Part shown: in pieces, positions 1 through 11,876 of the stretch
Layout: each line of letters opens with the position of its first letter
Numbering within the stretch: the first letter of the stretch is position 1
Source of the DNA: Felis catus
Taxonomy: Eukaryota
Direction of reading: 5' to 3'
DNA: 64,000 nt
Assembly: GCF_018350175.1 (NCBI RefSeq)
Contig: NC_058373.1
Span: forward strand, 103,728,001-103,792,000
Notes under the pieces: generated by a model
Seen by the model: only the letters and a program-made list of their open reading frames with translations
What the model was told of the DNA's origin: nothing
Database searches by the model: none
Position numbers and translations under genes: made by a program

Positions 1-99
1 TGTTTGCAAAAAGACACTGGCGCTCTGGTCAAATATGCATTTAGTCGCTCACCATTCCTTTGGGAACATAAGGGTCTGGAAAAGGAAGCAGTAGAGAGG

Positions 100-1080
100 G
101 ATATTAAGGCCGACTGGGCCTTAATTAGAGTCTGGAAATTCAGAGTTTTGAATTCAAGGCTCAGGAGTTAGATTTCATTCACAGGCATAGAGCGCCACTA
201 AATGATCTGAACAGGGAGTAATGTGATCAGAGCTGCGCTTTAGAAACATTATTCAACGGCTTCGTGCAAAACGGCTTGGGGAAGGGAGAGATTAAGAGTG
301 AGGAGGCCAATTAGATCATCCCACATCCAGCATCTCAGATGAAAAGCAAAACTGTCAGAATCCCAGGTAGTGACAGAAGAAAAGTTCCCGTGTTTCTCAA
401 CTGGGATGACACTGAGCCTGGGGGACACTTGGGAATGTCTAGGGCTGTTTCTGCCACAGTGACAGGCAGGCACTGCTAGCATTTGGTGGGCAGGGTCAGA
501 AATGTTAAATGACCTGCAGTCCATAGGACAGTCCCACAAAATGAAGGATTGTCTCATCCACTATGCCCTGTTGAATAATACTGTAGATAGAATGCGCTAC
601 TAGAAGCTGAGTCAACAGAACTCAGCAAGTGACCGGATAGAGGAGGAGCAGAGGGGAAGGTACGAATCATTGGCCTTGCTGAGGTTTCTAGACTTGATGA
701 CTGGTATCATAAACAGAGATGGAAATTCAGGAAGAGGAGGAACAGGCTTGCATGGAAGCCACAGAGTTTGAGGGGCTCATGGGGCCTCCCCCTGGAGGTG
801 TCTTACAGGCAGCAGGCTGGGTGTCAGGGCACACTTGGAAGAGAGGTCACGGGACGGAGGTGTTGTAAAACCAGAAGCTCGCTGTCCCACCCGTGGTGTC
901 CACCACTCTATAGGGTCCGCAGACCCCTGCTTGAGGTCTCCCTGGTCCAGCAGACCCTGCTCTGGCCCGGGTCCAGGCATCAGCATTTAGTGATCATTGA
1001 GACTGAGAAGGTCAACCGTGAGGCAAGGAGGCTGGGCCAAAGAGCCTTGGACCCATGGCTCCAAGGAAGGGCCTTCGTGA
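100..1080 (-). mobile_element. Ancient L2 LINE remnant, interrupted by a MER20-like MITE
   Basis: Purine-rich degenerate sequence typical of antisense L2 (e.g. gagtaatgtgatcagagctgcgctttagaaa); boundaries approximate. Confidence 0.55.
389..583 (+). mobile_element. hAT-Charlie MITE, MER20-like
   Basis: gtgtttctcaactggg...ggacacttgggaatgtct...ataggacagtcccac...gttgaataatactg resembles the MER20 consensus from memory. Confidence 0.65.
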
Positions 1081-1589
1081 GGGAAAAGGGTTCTCATGGG
1101 ACCACAGGAGATCCTCTAAAATGACAAGCCAGTGCTCTCCCAAAGGAAGAAAAAAGCATTCCAGGTTCAGACGATGGAACACATAACCTTCCCTCTCTCC
1201 TGCTCTTCCCTGAGTCTCTTCAAACCCAAACCCTGTCTTCCTCGGGCTCATCTTGTGCCTACTCGTTTCTTAAGGACCACCCCATTTCACCCCATTTCTG
1301 ATTTTGCCCACATCAGACCTGAGCCTGCTCACTGCTTCAGTTCCTTCCTCTGCCCTCCCTCCAGACAGGTGCAAAAAGACTGGTTTCCTACGCGAAAAAT
1401 AAAACAGAACATGTCAGCGGATGATCCATTGTCATTACTGAAGGGCATCACCTGACAGGGAGACCTGGGGACCCAGAGGAGCTAAGTGACACCTTTGCTC
1501 CCCGGGGCAGTGTTTGAAAGTGATGTCACCCCAATGCCCAATTACAATTCACACCTTTTAACCTCCACAATCATCTGAGATCCGTATCA

Positions 1590-1780
1590 AGGTTGATTCC
1601 GGTAAGATGCCTCGATATTCTAAATTATTTGTCAGCCTGGCACGGCAAATAAACATTTGTGAAATTCATTTCAAAAGATGTTAACACTGGTGAAACCCAC
1701 GTGCCCCCAGAGGGATTATACAAATTTCCATGTCAAATATTTGAGGCAAAGCACTTGTAGAGAAACAGTGTTTTTTTGTG
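1590..1780. promoter_or_regulatory. Candidate enhancer with FOX and E-box motifs
   Basis: Unique sequence; CAAATAAACA 1646-1655, CACGTG 1698-1703, perfect palindrome TCAAATATTTGA 1733-1744. Confidence 0.3.
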
Positions 1781-2819
1781 TTTTGATGCCTTTCATTTCC
1801 ATAAACTAGATTACTTTCTGAAATTACTTTCACACAGAGAACAGTTTCTATTGAATTCCAGTCAGTGAACTCCTCCGAGTGTGAGGTGAATAAAATATCT
1901 CGGGGCTGTGGGGCTTCCTTGATGCATATGCACCCATGTTGTGTAAGGAAGGCAAACCAAGTTGAGATGTTATCTTTAGAGAGCTCATGTACCCAGATCT
2001 GCTGTCTTACGGTAATTGCTAAACAACCAATTCATTTAGAGCCTAACAAGGAAGCTCTAGGGCTTTCTCTCCACCCCCCCACCCCCCATCTCTCCTACCT
2101 GGCTAACAATGACTCCAGCTCTGTTGTTAACTGAAGATTTGCTGGCAGGCAGCTGCTTGCTACGGCGAGGTTCTCCAACAGTCAAGTTTTATCTGCTTCT
2201 TGCAAACACCGATTCTGCCAAAAAAATTCTCACAAAAAATTTTGATCCGAGGAAACATTGTCCTATTGTCCTAGTTCTGTCAAGCCCATAAAATTAAAAT
2301 GGACTTAGTTTTCTTAAAGGGGGAAAAAAAAGGGAGGAAAAGGAGTCGCAGGCCCAAGTAGAAGAAAGCTGCTGAGTTAAATGTTCCTTGAAACAAATAG
2401 GCATTTCCTGCGGGTGTGGGCCCTGCCCTGCCCTGTGGCGACAGAACAGCCACCGGTGGGGGTCGGGGGTGGGGACAAAGGGGACAATCTCTCCTTAGAT
2501 AAAGCCACTAGAAGGTCTTATCTTCCAGGGCTAGTGAGGAGAGTTCTAGGATCTGGGGAAGACCTTTCTTAACAAATCTAACCTTGACCAAATTTAAAAT
2601 GACCAACTGATTAGCATGTGAGGATAACTTTGCAGCTGGGTGTGGCCTTGTAAACATTAGGAGCCCCTGCGCCCTCCCCCCCCACAGGAGCTGGAGGGAC
2701 AACACAAGAGAAGGGCCTAGAGCAAGCAAGGCTTGTTTCTGTTTTATCCAGAGAAGCCGAGGTGAAGAGAACAGTTTCCGGCTTGACTCCTCCAGTAAAG
2801 TAGGAGCCGTGGGAGGGTA

Positions 2820-3320
2820 TAAACCGAGGAGCCAGATGATGTGATTTGCTTTTTTAACAAGATCACTCCGGCTGTTAAGAGTAGATCACAAGCAGAATTG
2901 GAACTTATTGGAAGCTTATTGGAACAGCCAAAGCAGGATAGGGTGGATGGTGGCTTAGGCTAGAGTGGTAGCTGAGGGAAGATCTATTTGAAGGAGAACC
3001 AACCCTTTTCAGATGTGAGGACAAAGGAAGAGTAAAGGATGGCCCCAATTTGCTGTCCTGAGCAGCTGGGACAATAAAGTTACCATATACTTGCACGGAG
3101 AAGACTGTCGATGGAAACTGGGGCTTGGGCATACAGTCTTCATTCTGAGATGTCTATTGGTCACTCCAGTGGAAAACTCAGATAGGCAGAGGGCATGGGT
3201 TGTCAATTCAAGAGTCATCTATATAGAGATGTCTTTAAAGCCTTGAAACTGGATGAGATCACCAAGGAGGGGAAGGTGAAGATAAGAAGAGGTCCTGGGG
3301 CACGTCGACATTAGGCATAT
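2820..3320 (-). mobile_element. L2 LINE remnant
   Basis: Degenerate antisense L2 phrases (gatgtgatttgctttttt..gatcactccggctg; ctggatgagatcaccaaggag). Confidence 0.6.
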
Positions 3321-3691
3321 TTGCAGTTTATCAAAATGCAATTGCAAATGCAAAATAAGCTAACTCTGTATAGAAAAAAAAAAACTCTCTCATTCCCTTC
3401 ATGGGCCCTGGAGGATTGAAATACAGGATGGGTACACTATCAAGGACACAAGTCAAGGTCACTAGGAAATGGTGACATCCAAGGGACTGGGAGGGATGGG
3501 CGGGACAGGGGGTGATATCTATAACCTTCAGAGCAGACTCGCCCAGGAGGTACAGGGTATACAGCAAAGCTCACGGGTGCAGATGAGAAAGACTAACTGG
3601 GCCAGGTGGTTATTACAGAGTTGAAAGAGGACATACAGAGAGAAATGGACCAAAGCCCAAGGAACAACACCTCTTTACAAATTTTCCTTCA

Positions 3692-3899
3692 GGGGCGCCT
3701 GGGTGGCTCAGTCGGTTAAGCGGCCGACTTCGGCTCAGGTCATGATCTCGCGGTCCGTGAGTTCGAGCCCCACATCAGGCTCTGTACTGACAGCTCAGAG
3801 CCTGGAGCCTGCTTCCGATTCTGTGTCTCCCTCTCTCTGACCCTCCCCTATTCATGCTCTGTCTCTCCCTGTCTCAAAAATAAATTAAAAAAAAAAAAA
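3692..3899 (+). mobile_element. Feline CAN-SINE (SINEC_Fc-type)
   Basis: Canonical head, CT tract and poly-A; target-site duplication (TSD) aaattttccttcag. Confidence 0.97.
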
Positions 3900-4269
3900 T
3901 TTTCCTTCAGTTCCTTGTCCCTCCTCCCTTCTCACCACCCTCACGGGCAGCCTTCCACTCACTGCAGGTGCCAACATGTGTGCTCATTCCCTTCTTCTCA
4001 TCCGGGAACAGATTGGAGACCCTGTGCTCTGCCACAGAGATGCTCGTTCGTGGCAAGGTCACCCCAGCCTCTCATTCCCCATCCCTTCACTTGCTTCCTC
4101 TTTCTTCATCTCCCTGTGGCCACGCCAAGCATCTCACCAAGTTTGTTTACTGCCTTTGCAACCACAGGCTTGGGAACCCCATGAGGACGGTGACTTACCC
4201 TTAGTGCCTGGAACTGCGCCTAGTAAACAATAGGCGCTCAATAAATATGGACTCATGAAATGGGTGATG

Positions 4270-4460
4270 TGGCTGAAAGGCAGTAAAGGTTAGCGATGTC
4301 AACACCTACCAGTTAATTGACTGTACAAATTTCATCAGCCATCCCAGCCTCAGTGTTTTGAACTATAAAATGGAAATCTTATCTACCTATCGGTTGTGAA
4401 AATTAAAATTAAATAAGATTATTTTTGTGAAGCATCTGATCTATAATGCGTACACAAGAA
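4270..4460 (+). mobile_element. MIR SINE remnant
   Basis: agcctcagtgttttgaactataaaatgg...gttgtgaaaattaaa MIR core. Confidence 0.55.
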
Positions 4461-5242
4461 AAGTGTTTTCCCTACCTGTCTTCCACTTCGGTCCCAAGAG
4501 AGTCAAGGTAGAGAGTTCCAACTCTGATCTCAGCAATGTGAACTAGGCTCCAGGGTGACGGGTTCTGTCTGGCATCTCAGCTTCCTAAGACGGAAAGTTC
4601 TAAGCGTCAGAGAATGAATTTTCATGATAAGAACTGCATTTTGTAAGATGCTCTCATAATATAAAATTACAAGATTACCAAGGAGAACATCAGAAAAGAA
4701 CCATATAAATTTTCTCAGTGAGAACTTGGCACATAGGACACTCGATAATATCTGATGAATGAATCAATGAATGGACAGTAAGATCAATTAAAATTTAGCC
4801 TAAGAGTAAAGGCTCTCCTAAAATTTGCTCTTAATTATCAATAAATTTCTTTCTAATGAAAGTAGCCTACAGGGCATTTTCAAGGGCTCTCGTTTGGCAG
4901 TGGAATTTCCTTTGATCGAACACGAAAACGCAAACTTTACATTTCTGCACTGAAGAAAAATTTTTCTATTTGGTTCTCCGTTTCTGTAATTTTTCCCAGC
5001 AAAAATGGTAACTTCTTAGCAATTTGGCATGAGATTTAAGGGCTTCGAACATCCCTCATTCTCCCCGGTCCTTTTTTATGCTGTCTACACCATACAGAGG
5101 TTGTTTTCTCTCTGCTTGTAAGATTCTCACGAGAGCCCAGGGAGGTTCTGGGCACAGAATAAATAAAAGAAAATGATGCCAAGAGGAAGGTTATGATGTT
5201 TGCCATCAAGGAGAGAATACCAGTGTGCTCGGGACAGGCTGT

Positions 5243-5347
5243 GGGCGGAGCTCCTAAAGGCTCCGTCCCAGAAGGGTAGTCTGAGGTCATCTTAGAGAAG
5301 TTGTTCCTGGTGCCTGAACCCCCAGAAGACTGGGCGGGGCGGAGCTC
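5243..5347. promoter_or_regulatory. Sp/KLF GC-box cluster
   Basis: GGGCGGAGCTC at 5243-5253 and 5337-5347, plus an overlapping GGGCGG at 5332. Confidence 0.3.
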
Positions 5348-6074
5348 TACTTTGAGATAACTTTCCTGGGTCAAATCGACTGAATGACGATGATTTAAAA
5401 ATTTTGTCAAAGGGGAAAAATAAAAGCTTCTTCTCGGCTTCAGACAACCATGCCAGATTTCTGCCTGCAGCACATTTTCATGGAAAAGCCAGGCGACAGC
5501 GAACATATGGGGTGTGCTATTGAAGATGACAGCCTGTGGGAGGTACTCCCAAGGCAGCTGCAACCGAGAATCGGCTGGGGGGGCCCATCCAGAAACCAGT
5601 GCCCAGGCTGACCATCGTCCCGCCAACCCCACCGCCATCCATCCATTCATACCCCTGCCTTCACCCCTTGGGCTTTGAGTCTGCTCCACACCAGGACAGG
5701 CTTTCCAGGAAAAATAGTAACCTGTTTGCCGAGAGGGTCCGCAAGCGGCAGGCCTTGCCTCCGACACTCGGGAGAACTTGAAACAACCTGGGAACTGAAG
5801 TTTTTATGTGGAACAGGGCTGGAGAGGGTGGAGCGAGAACAATAACAGTGTTTTTGAGGAGCGTCCAATTTTATGGGCATTGGGTTGGATTCTCTCTTCT
5901 GCCTCAGTGAGGACAAGGAACCGGGGCACCCCGGAGGCTTCTCAGTGGGCAGAACGAATCCGAATGTCTCAACGAGGGATCCCTTCTGGGAATCAGGGCT
6001 GGAGCAATGCGTCTGGCTCAGTCACTGACAAAGTTCTGGTGGCTGTGGTTTGAGGGCTACAGGCTGCTAACAGC

Positions 6075-6306
6075 TTTTTATTTATTTTTTTTTTTTATTT
6101 TTTAAATGTTTATTTATTTTTGAGAGACAGCATAAGCAGGGGAGGGGCAGAGAGAGACACACACACACACACACACAGAATCTGAAGCAGGCTCCAGGCT
6201 CTGAGCTGTCAGCACAGGGTCCGACGCGGGGCTCGAACCCAGAACCATGAGATCATGACCTGAGCCAAAGGTGGACACTTAACCGACTGAGCCACCCAGG
6301 CACCCC
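6075..6306 (-). mobile_element. Feline CAN-SINE with internal (CA)n
   Basis: Reverse-complement SINE; TSD tgctaa(c/g)agcttt. Confidence 0.96.
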
Positions 6307-6309
6307 TGC

Positions 6310-6510
6310 TAAGAGCTTTATTCTACCCATTATCATTTGATCCGCACAACACATCTGTGAGGCAAGAATTGACTTTTACATGGAGGAAGAAACCAAACTC
6401 ATAGAGACTTTGGGGTACTGTCCACACTCAAGCAGTTAGGAAGTGGCAGAAAATCCTGGAATTGAAACGCAATGCCAAATGCAGGCTCGCAACGCATTTT
6501 CTGCAGTATA
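6310..6510 (-). mobile_element. MIR remnant
   Basis: attatcatttgatccgcacaac...ttttacatggaggaagaaacc antisense MIR core. Confidence 0.55.
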
Positions 6511-8399
6511 AAGGAGATTGTTCTCTCCCCATCTAGCAGATGAGGAAACAGAATGGATCCAGCAGGGCCACAAACAGAGAAAGCCTTGGGAGGTCATCCA
6601 GTCACCCCTGCGCCATCTCAAGATGGATTAAACCCAAAGGAAAACACCACAGCAACTTTGCATCGTGCTTTTTAAAGAAAGCAAGGTTGATCTTGGCTGA
6701 TTCAATTCCAATTCCAAGATAACTGGTAGTCCTCACCAAAATTAGCCTGGAGAAAAACACTTGACACGAAGAGCCATTGTGGCTTGAACTTTGCTTGATG
6801 TTATATCTAGTTATGATCTATATTTCAGTGGAATCAGATAAAGACCTGAGAGGGACAATCACAGACCTTAATGTCACCTGGCCTTTGCCATTCTTAAGGG
6901 AAAACAAGACCTTCTGAGCTTTTCTCCACGACCTTGTGAGTGGCCACTTGGCTAATCTTTAGCGGCCAGGGATGTTGACTTTATCCGGGTTATTAGTTAA
7001 CAGGATTAGTTTTCTTATTTCTAGTGTAATGTGGATGACTCTAGTTGCTTTGTATGGATCGTGACCACCTATTGAGAGACGGGCTACCTCTATGCAGCAA
7101 GTGAACTGTCTTTTCCTGGTTATGCTAACGAGGGCAGCTGGGGAAACCTTAGACCCCTCTGATTTCTGACTTTTGTGGTCGCACAGAAGGCTTTTTGATA
7201 GAGCAGCAAAGATCACCTCCATCTCTTGGGGAAACAGACCACCCCACGAGTCCAAATAAAATCAGTTCAGAGCAACTTAAGAGTTTGTACGTTACTGACT
7301 CAACGTATCTCGCGAAAACATCTAGGGATTTAGCCGATGGGAAGACAGCACCAAAGGCCCTTCTCAAAGGGAGTTCTCCAGTCCATGGCTAAGCTCCCAC
7401 ATGCTTACAGTTCCTTAAAGACGGAGAAAGATGGCAACCTGGGGCCCAGCTCGGAGACCCGGCAAGGACAGAGCAGTGGATGTGGGGCAGCCCTCAGCTG
7501 CCTATTCCTTCCCTCGGCGGGATCAGGCCTTGCGGTACCTGCCCAATACTGCTCACGCTCCCTGCAGCCAGGTCAGCTCTGGAGGGGCCCTTTCACCTCA
7601 ATCCCTCTGTCTTCACCTCTGTCCTCGCCTGCCGCTTCCTCATCTCTGTCCCTTCCCTACTTCATCACACAGGACCCTTAGTCTCAGGCTTGGAACCGGG
7701 GTCTTCCTCCTGCTGCGGGGTGCTCACAGTCTCTTTTCTGGGAAGAGGAAATACTATATTAGAGTTGTCGTCGGAGAAAAATATTTGAGAGTCGGGGTCT
7801 TAATCAGGCTCCTGGCAAAAACCTTCAGGCACATGTGAAGAAGATCAAGAGGCCCCCAACCTGAGGGCCTGAGGGCCTCAGTTCTTGCCTGTGTGCCCAG
7901 CAGCCGGAGACAGGAACCCAGCTGGTCGTGGGGCTCCCGGCCTGGAAGAACCTTCTGGCTCAGGAAGTTGCTGCTAAGGGGCTGCCTGCCATTTTCTGTA
8001 GTCAAGCGAGTCCCTCTTCTCCAGGGTCTCTCAGGCAGGGGTGACCCTGGATAGAAAAATGGGTGGGGCATCTCCCCCACCCCCTGGGAAGCAAGGTCAC
8101 CCTCCACCCCACCTGTGTGGGGCTAATGCACACCCCCCAAAGAACTTAATGTCTGTCCCTTCTCAGGTGGCGTGTGGCTGTCCTTGCTACACGGTGTCAC
8201 ATTTGGAAGCTCTCTGTCTGTTTTTCAGGTGATTAGTCCATTGTGAAAACAACTACCTGGAGAGAGCAAACTTTTCTCAGGGATACAAATAACCATGGAT
8301 GTTCTGTGTTTTGTAAAGTCAGCTGAACACCGCTGGTTGCGTGAATGGCTTTATTACATGTGTGAACCATCAGAAATTTAGCCTCACTCCCAGTCAACA

Positions 8400-8600
8400 T
8401 GAGCGATTTGTAACCACAAACTTTGTGACAGAAAGACAAATGAGGAAAGCTCAGGACCAAATTAGGCGTAATTAGTATCCACACAGGAAACGCTCCAGTA
8501 ACCTGGCAGTTTGCAGCCGGGGGAGGACACATGCGGCATTGTCTTAACAACAAGTTCATCAAACGTGTAATTAGCCACCGGCCACCAGCCACCTTTGTAA
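8400..8600. promoter_or_regulatory. Candidate enhancer with homeodomain, SOX, MEIS and RUNX motifs
   Basis: GTAATTAG at 8468 and 8567, AACCACA 8412, CTTTGT 8421, TGACAG 8426, CATTGT 8537, inside a repeat-poor block. Confidence 0.3.
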
Positions 8601-9496
8601 ACTGAATCTGAGCTGCTGCCAGTCATAGACTGGCCTGGACGCCACTGAACAGAAGTCTAGGTAGCTGTACAAATGGAATGCCCACCGCTAGGGGCAAACA
8701 GCCATGCCTGTCTGGCTTTTTACTTGACGGGCTCACAGTATTTTCCCTCCTTTTAACGCACTCAGATTTCAGGGGTAAGTTCTACTCAAGTTACTTACTG
8801 AAGAAGAAAGCCCAGGGCATCACTTTTGGTCAGACTTCAGTGACCTCTACGGCGAGAGCTGGCCTATAGAAGATGACCGTGGTTGGGACCATTAGATTTT
8901 CCATTGTAAAGAGTTGAGCTCCAACAACTTCCAACACAGCTCAATATTCAGAAGCCCAATACTCCTAACCTCACGCATCCAGTATGGTGAGAAAGCCTCA
9001 GGACCCCCACCTTCCCATTCCAGCATTACAAAAAGAATTAACGGAAAAATATTGTCTCTGCAAATAAAAAATAATAGTACATCCAATTAAGCATGACCAA
9101 TAAAGATTAAAGTCTGTGGCTTTTCTTTCTGGACATATCTGTCAATTCACTCTAGGACCAATATAGACTATTTCTCTCAGGAGGTGAGATTACAAAGGAA
9201 GAAAAATGTTCTCAGAGCTCAGTTGGTAATTAATCTTTGCATATGACTTCCTCATAGTCCCCATTAATTATCAATATTCAATCATGCATTAAAAATGGAT
9301 TTTTCTTTGACAGAATTTAGCTGTTTGTAAGACTTACTATATCAAACTAACTTCTAATATAATCACAGAGCTTGGCCTTGCAAACCTTCATTACATTTTT
9401 ACAAATCCTTTAGCGGAAGGTTCCACACAAACACATTAATAATAGCCAATTCAGCAAAATCAACATGCAAAAAACAATATCAAAAGCAAACATAAG

Positions 9497-9551
9497 CATA
9501 TCAACCAACTGCCATGTGTGGCCTTTATTTGGATTCTGATTCAAACAAACT

Positions 9552-9582
<31 letters not shown>

Positions 9583-9790
9583 AGTTACGACATTTTGAGA
9601 TGATTGGAAATTGAACATTGACTGGATATTGTTCAGAAATACTTGTTAATTTCTGGGTGTGATAATTGTATTGTGGTTATGTTTAAATATTTATGGATGA
9701 GATAATATGATATCTGAGGTCTGCTTCAAAATAATATGGGAAGGGGTGAGCATAGATAAAACAATATTGACCATTAATTGATAAATGCAC
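9497..9790 (+). mobile_element. Ancient L1M (L1ME/L1MD-like) 3' UTR fragment containing a long T-run
   Basis: tttatttggattctgattcaaacaaac...tgtgataattgtattgtggttatg...tgatatctgaggtctgcttcaaaataat. Confidence 0.65.
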
Positions 9791-9959
9791 ATGGAAGCTT
9801 TTTAATGTCTTCTCAGCCCAATATTACAGTAAAAAAAAAAACCCAAAATATATGAAGTCAACAAAAGCATTGTCTCTCTAAAGATTATTTGTCCAGTAGC
9901 AATCGCTTAATAAAATTTAAAGCCAGTTCTAATGATGACAACTCTAAACCAGAGGGATT

Positions 9960-10560
9960 AAACCAAAGACCTACTGATTGAATCAGGCTTGCTGTCGTGT
10001 TTTATCAAAATCTGAATTGTTTACTAACGTAATAAGTTCTTTACTAACATAAATCAAGATCTCCTGTCAGATTCCTGGCTTCTCTTGAAAAGTCACAAGA
10101 AAAAAAAAAAAAAAGAAAAGACAAGATCTGGGGCACCTGGGTGGTTCAGTCGGTTGAGACTCCAACTTTAGCTCAGGTCATGATCTCAAGGTTTGTGAGT
10201 TCAAGCCCCACATCGGGCTCACTGCTGTCAGTGCAGAGCCACCTTCGGATCCTCTGTCCCCCTCTCTGTCTGTCCCTCCCCTACTCACTCTCACTCTCTC
10301 TCTCTCTTTCTCAAATAAAAAAAAAAAAAAAAAAAGAAAAGTCACAAGATCTGACAAACCCAGGCCTATGTCCCTACTTAACAGCAGCTGTTGGCAGTCA
10401 AACAGAGGCTGCCCCATGTGGATGGGGTGGGACTACCCGCTGGCAGTCGCTACCAGTCCCACTTAACTCATTGAGGACATTATGGATGGATCTAGACTTT
10501 GGGCCTTGCTCTTACAGCAGTCCTTCAGGGTTATTCAGGGACCCATTGCCTGAGGACAAA
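9960..10560 (+). mobile_element. hAT-Charlie MITE, MER102-like, split by a SINE
   Basis: cagattcctggcttctcttgaaaagtcacaagatctgacaaacccaggcc...gaggctgcccc matches the MER102 pattern from memory. Confidence 0.5.
10130..10335 (+). mobile_element. Feline CAN-SINE
   Basis: Canonical structure; right TSD gaaaagtcacaagatct, left copy disrupted by an A-run. Confidence 0.96.
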
Positions 10561-10775
10561 TGGCTTCAAATCAGCTTTTCAGCAATTACAACCAGCCCCC
10601 CACGTTTCCGAACCAAGTCACCTTTATCAGAAAGGGCACAAGTCTCTCAGGCACTGGAGAGGACCTGAAGACCATCTAGCCCAGTGGTTCCCCCACCTTG
10701 GCTACAAATTAGAATCCCCAGTGGGGGGTGGGAGATGGATTAAAAAATTTCAAAGCACAAACTTCATCTGAGGTC

Positions 10776-11015
10776 TTTTTTTTTTTTTTTTAATTTTTTT
10801 TTTAAATGTTTTTTTTTTTTTAATTTATTTTTGCGACAGAGAGAGACAGAGCATGAGCAGGGGAGGGGCAGAGAGAGAGGCAGACAGAATTGGAAGCAGG
10901 CTCCAGGCTCTGAGCTGTCAGCACAGAGCCCGATGAGGGGCTCGAACCCACAGACCGTGAGATCATGACCTGAGCTGAAGTGGACGTTTAACCGACTGAG
11001 CCACCCAGGCGCCCC
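10776..11015 (-). mobile_element. Feline CAN-SINE
   Basis: TSD catctgaggtcttt; inserted in a MER5-like remnant starting about 10680. Confidence 0.97.
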
Positions 11016-11044
11016 CATCTGAGGTCTTTAAATCAGACTCTTGT

Positions 11045-11295
11045 GGGGCGCCTGGGTGGCTCAGTCGGTTAAGTGCCTGACTTCGGCTCGGGTCACGATC
11101 TCAAAGTTTGTGAGTTTGAGCCACGCATCGGGCTCTGTGTTGACAGCTCAGAGCCTGGAGCCGGCTTCGGATTCTCTGTCTCCCTCTCTCTCTGCCCCTC
11201 CTCTGTTCATGCTCTGTCTCTCTCTGTCTCAAAAATAAATAAAACATTAAAAAGGTTTTAAATAAGTAAATAAGTAAGTAAGTAAATAAATAAAT
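11045..11295 (+). mobile_element. Feline CAN-SINE
   Basis: TSD taaatcagactcttg; (TAAA/TAAG)n tail. Confidence 0.97.
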
Positions 11296-11659
11296 AAATC
11301 AGACTCTTGAGGAGGGGTGACGTGTAAATCCATTTGGCCCTTGTGCCAATGGAGCAGTAGGCCCAGCGGAATCTTACCAGCCAGGCGACCTTAGCAGCTA
11401 AGGTATCACCTAAGTATACCCCAGACTTCCCATGCCTTTGTAGATCCCTCTGCTCATGCTTCAAAAATGTCCTCTGCCTGTTGAAATCCTTTCAGATCTT
11501 CAAATGTCACCTCCTACCGATGCCTTCCCTGATCTTAATAATTAGGATCTCATTAGTTTGATCATCCTAACTCATGCCCACATATTTTTAAAGTTTGTTT
11601 TGTGTTTTGTTTTGTTGATTTTTAAGATGTGGAGTTGGAAGTAGGTATTAATTTCATTA

Positions 11660-11675
11660 TTTTAGGTTTATTTAT

Positions 11676-11710
<35 letters not shown>

Positions 11711-11876
11711 ACAAGCAGGGGAGGGGCAGAGAGAGAAGGAGAAGGGGAATCCCAGGCAGGCTCTGCACCACCATTGCAGAGCCCAGCACAGGGCTCAAGC
11801 CCATGAATCATGAGATCATGACCTTAGCCGAAACCAAGAGTAGGATGCTTAGCCAACTGAGCCACCCAGGTGCCCC
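11660..11876 (-). mobile_element. CAN-SINE, older subfamily
   Basis: Reverse-complement SINE with (GA)n, ending gccacccaggtgcccc. Confidence 0.95.

Noticed and set aside
7728..8046. Possible minus-strand exon (tttttctatccag acceptor, gtgagc donor)
   Set aside because: It is long for an internal exon (319 nt), the donor context is weak, all frames have stops and no peptide is recognisable.
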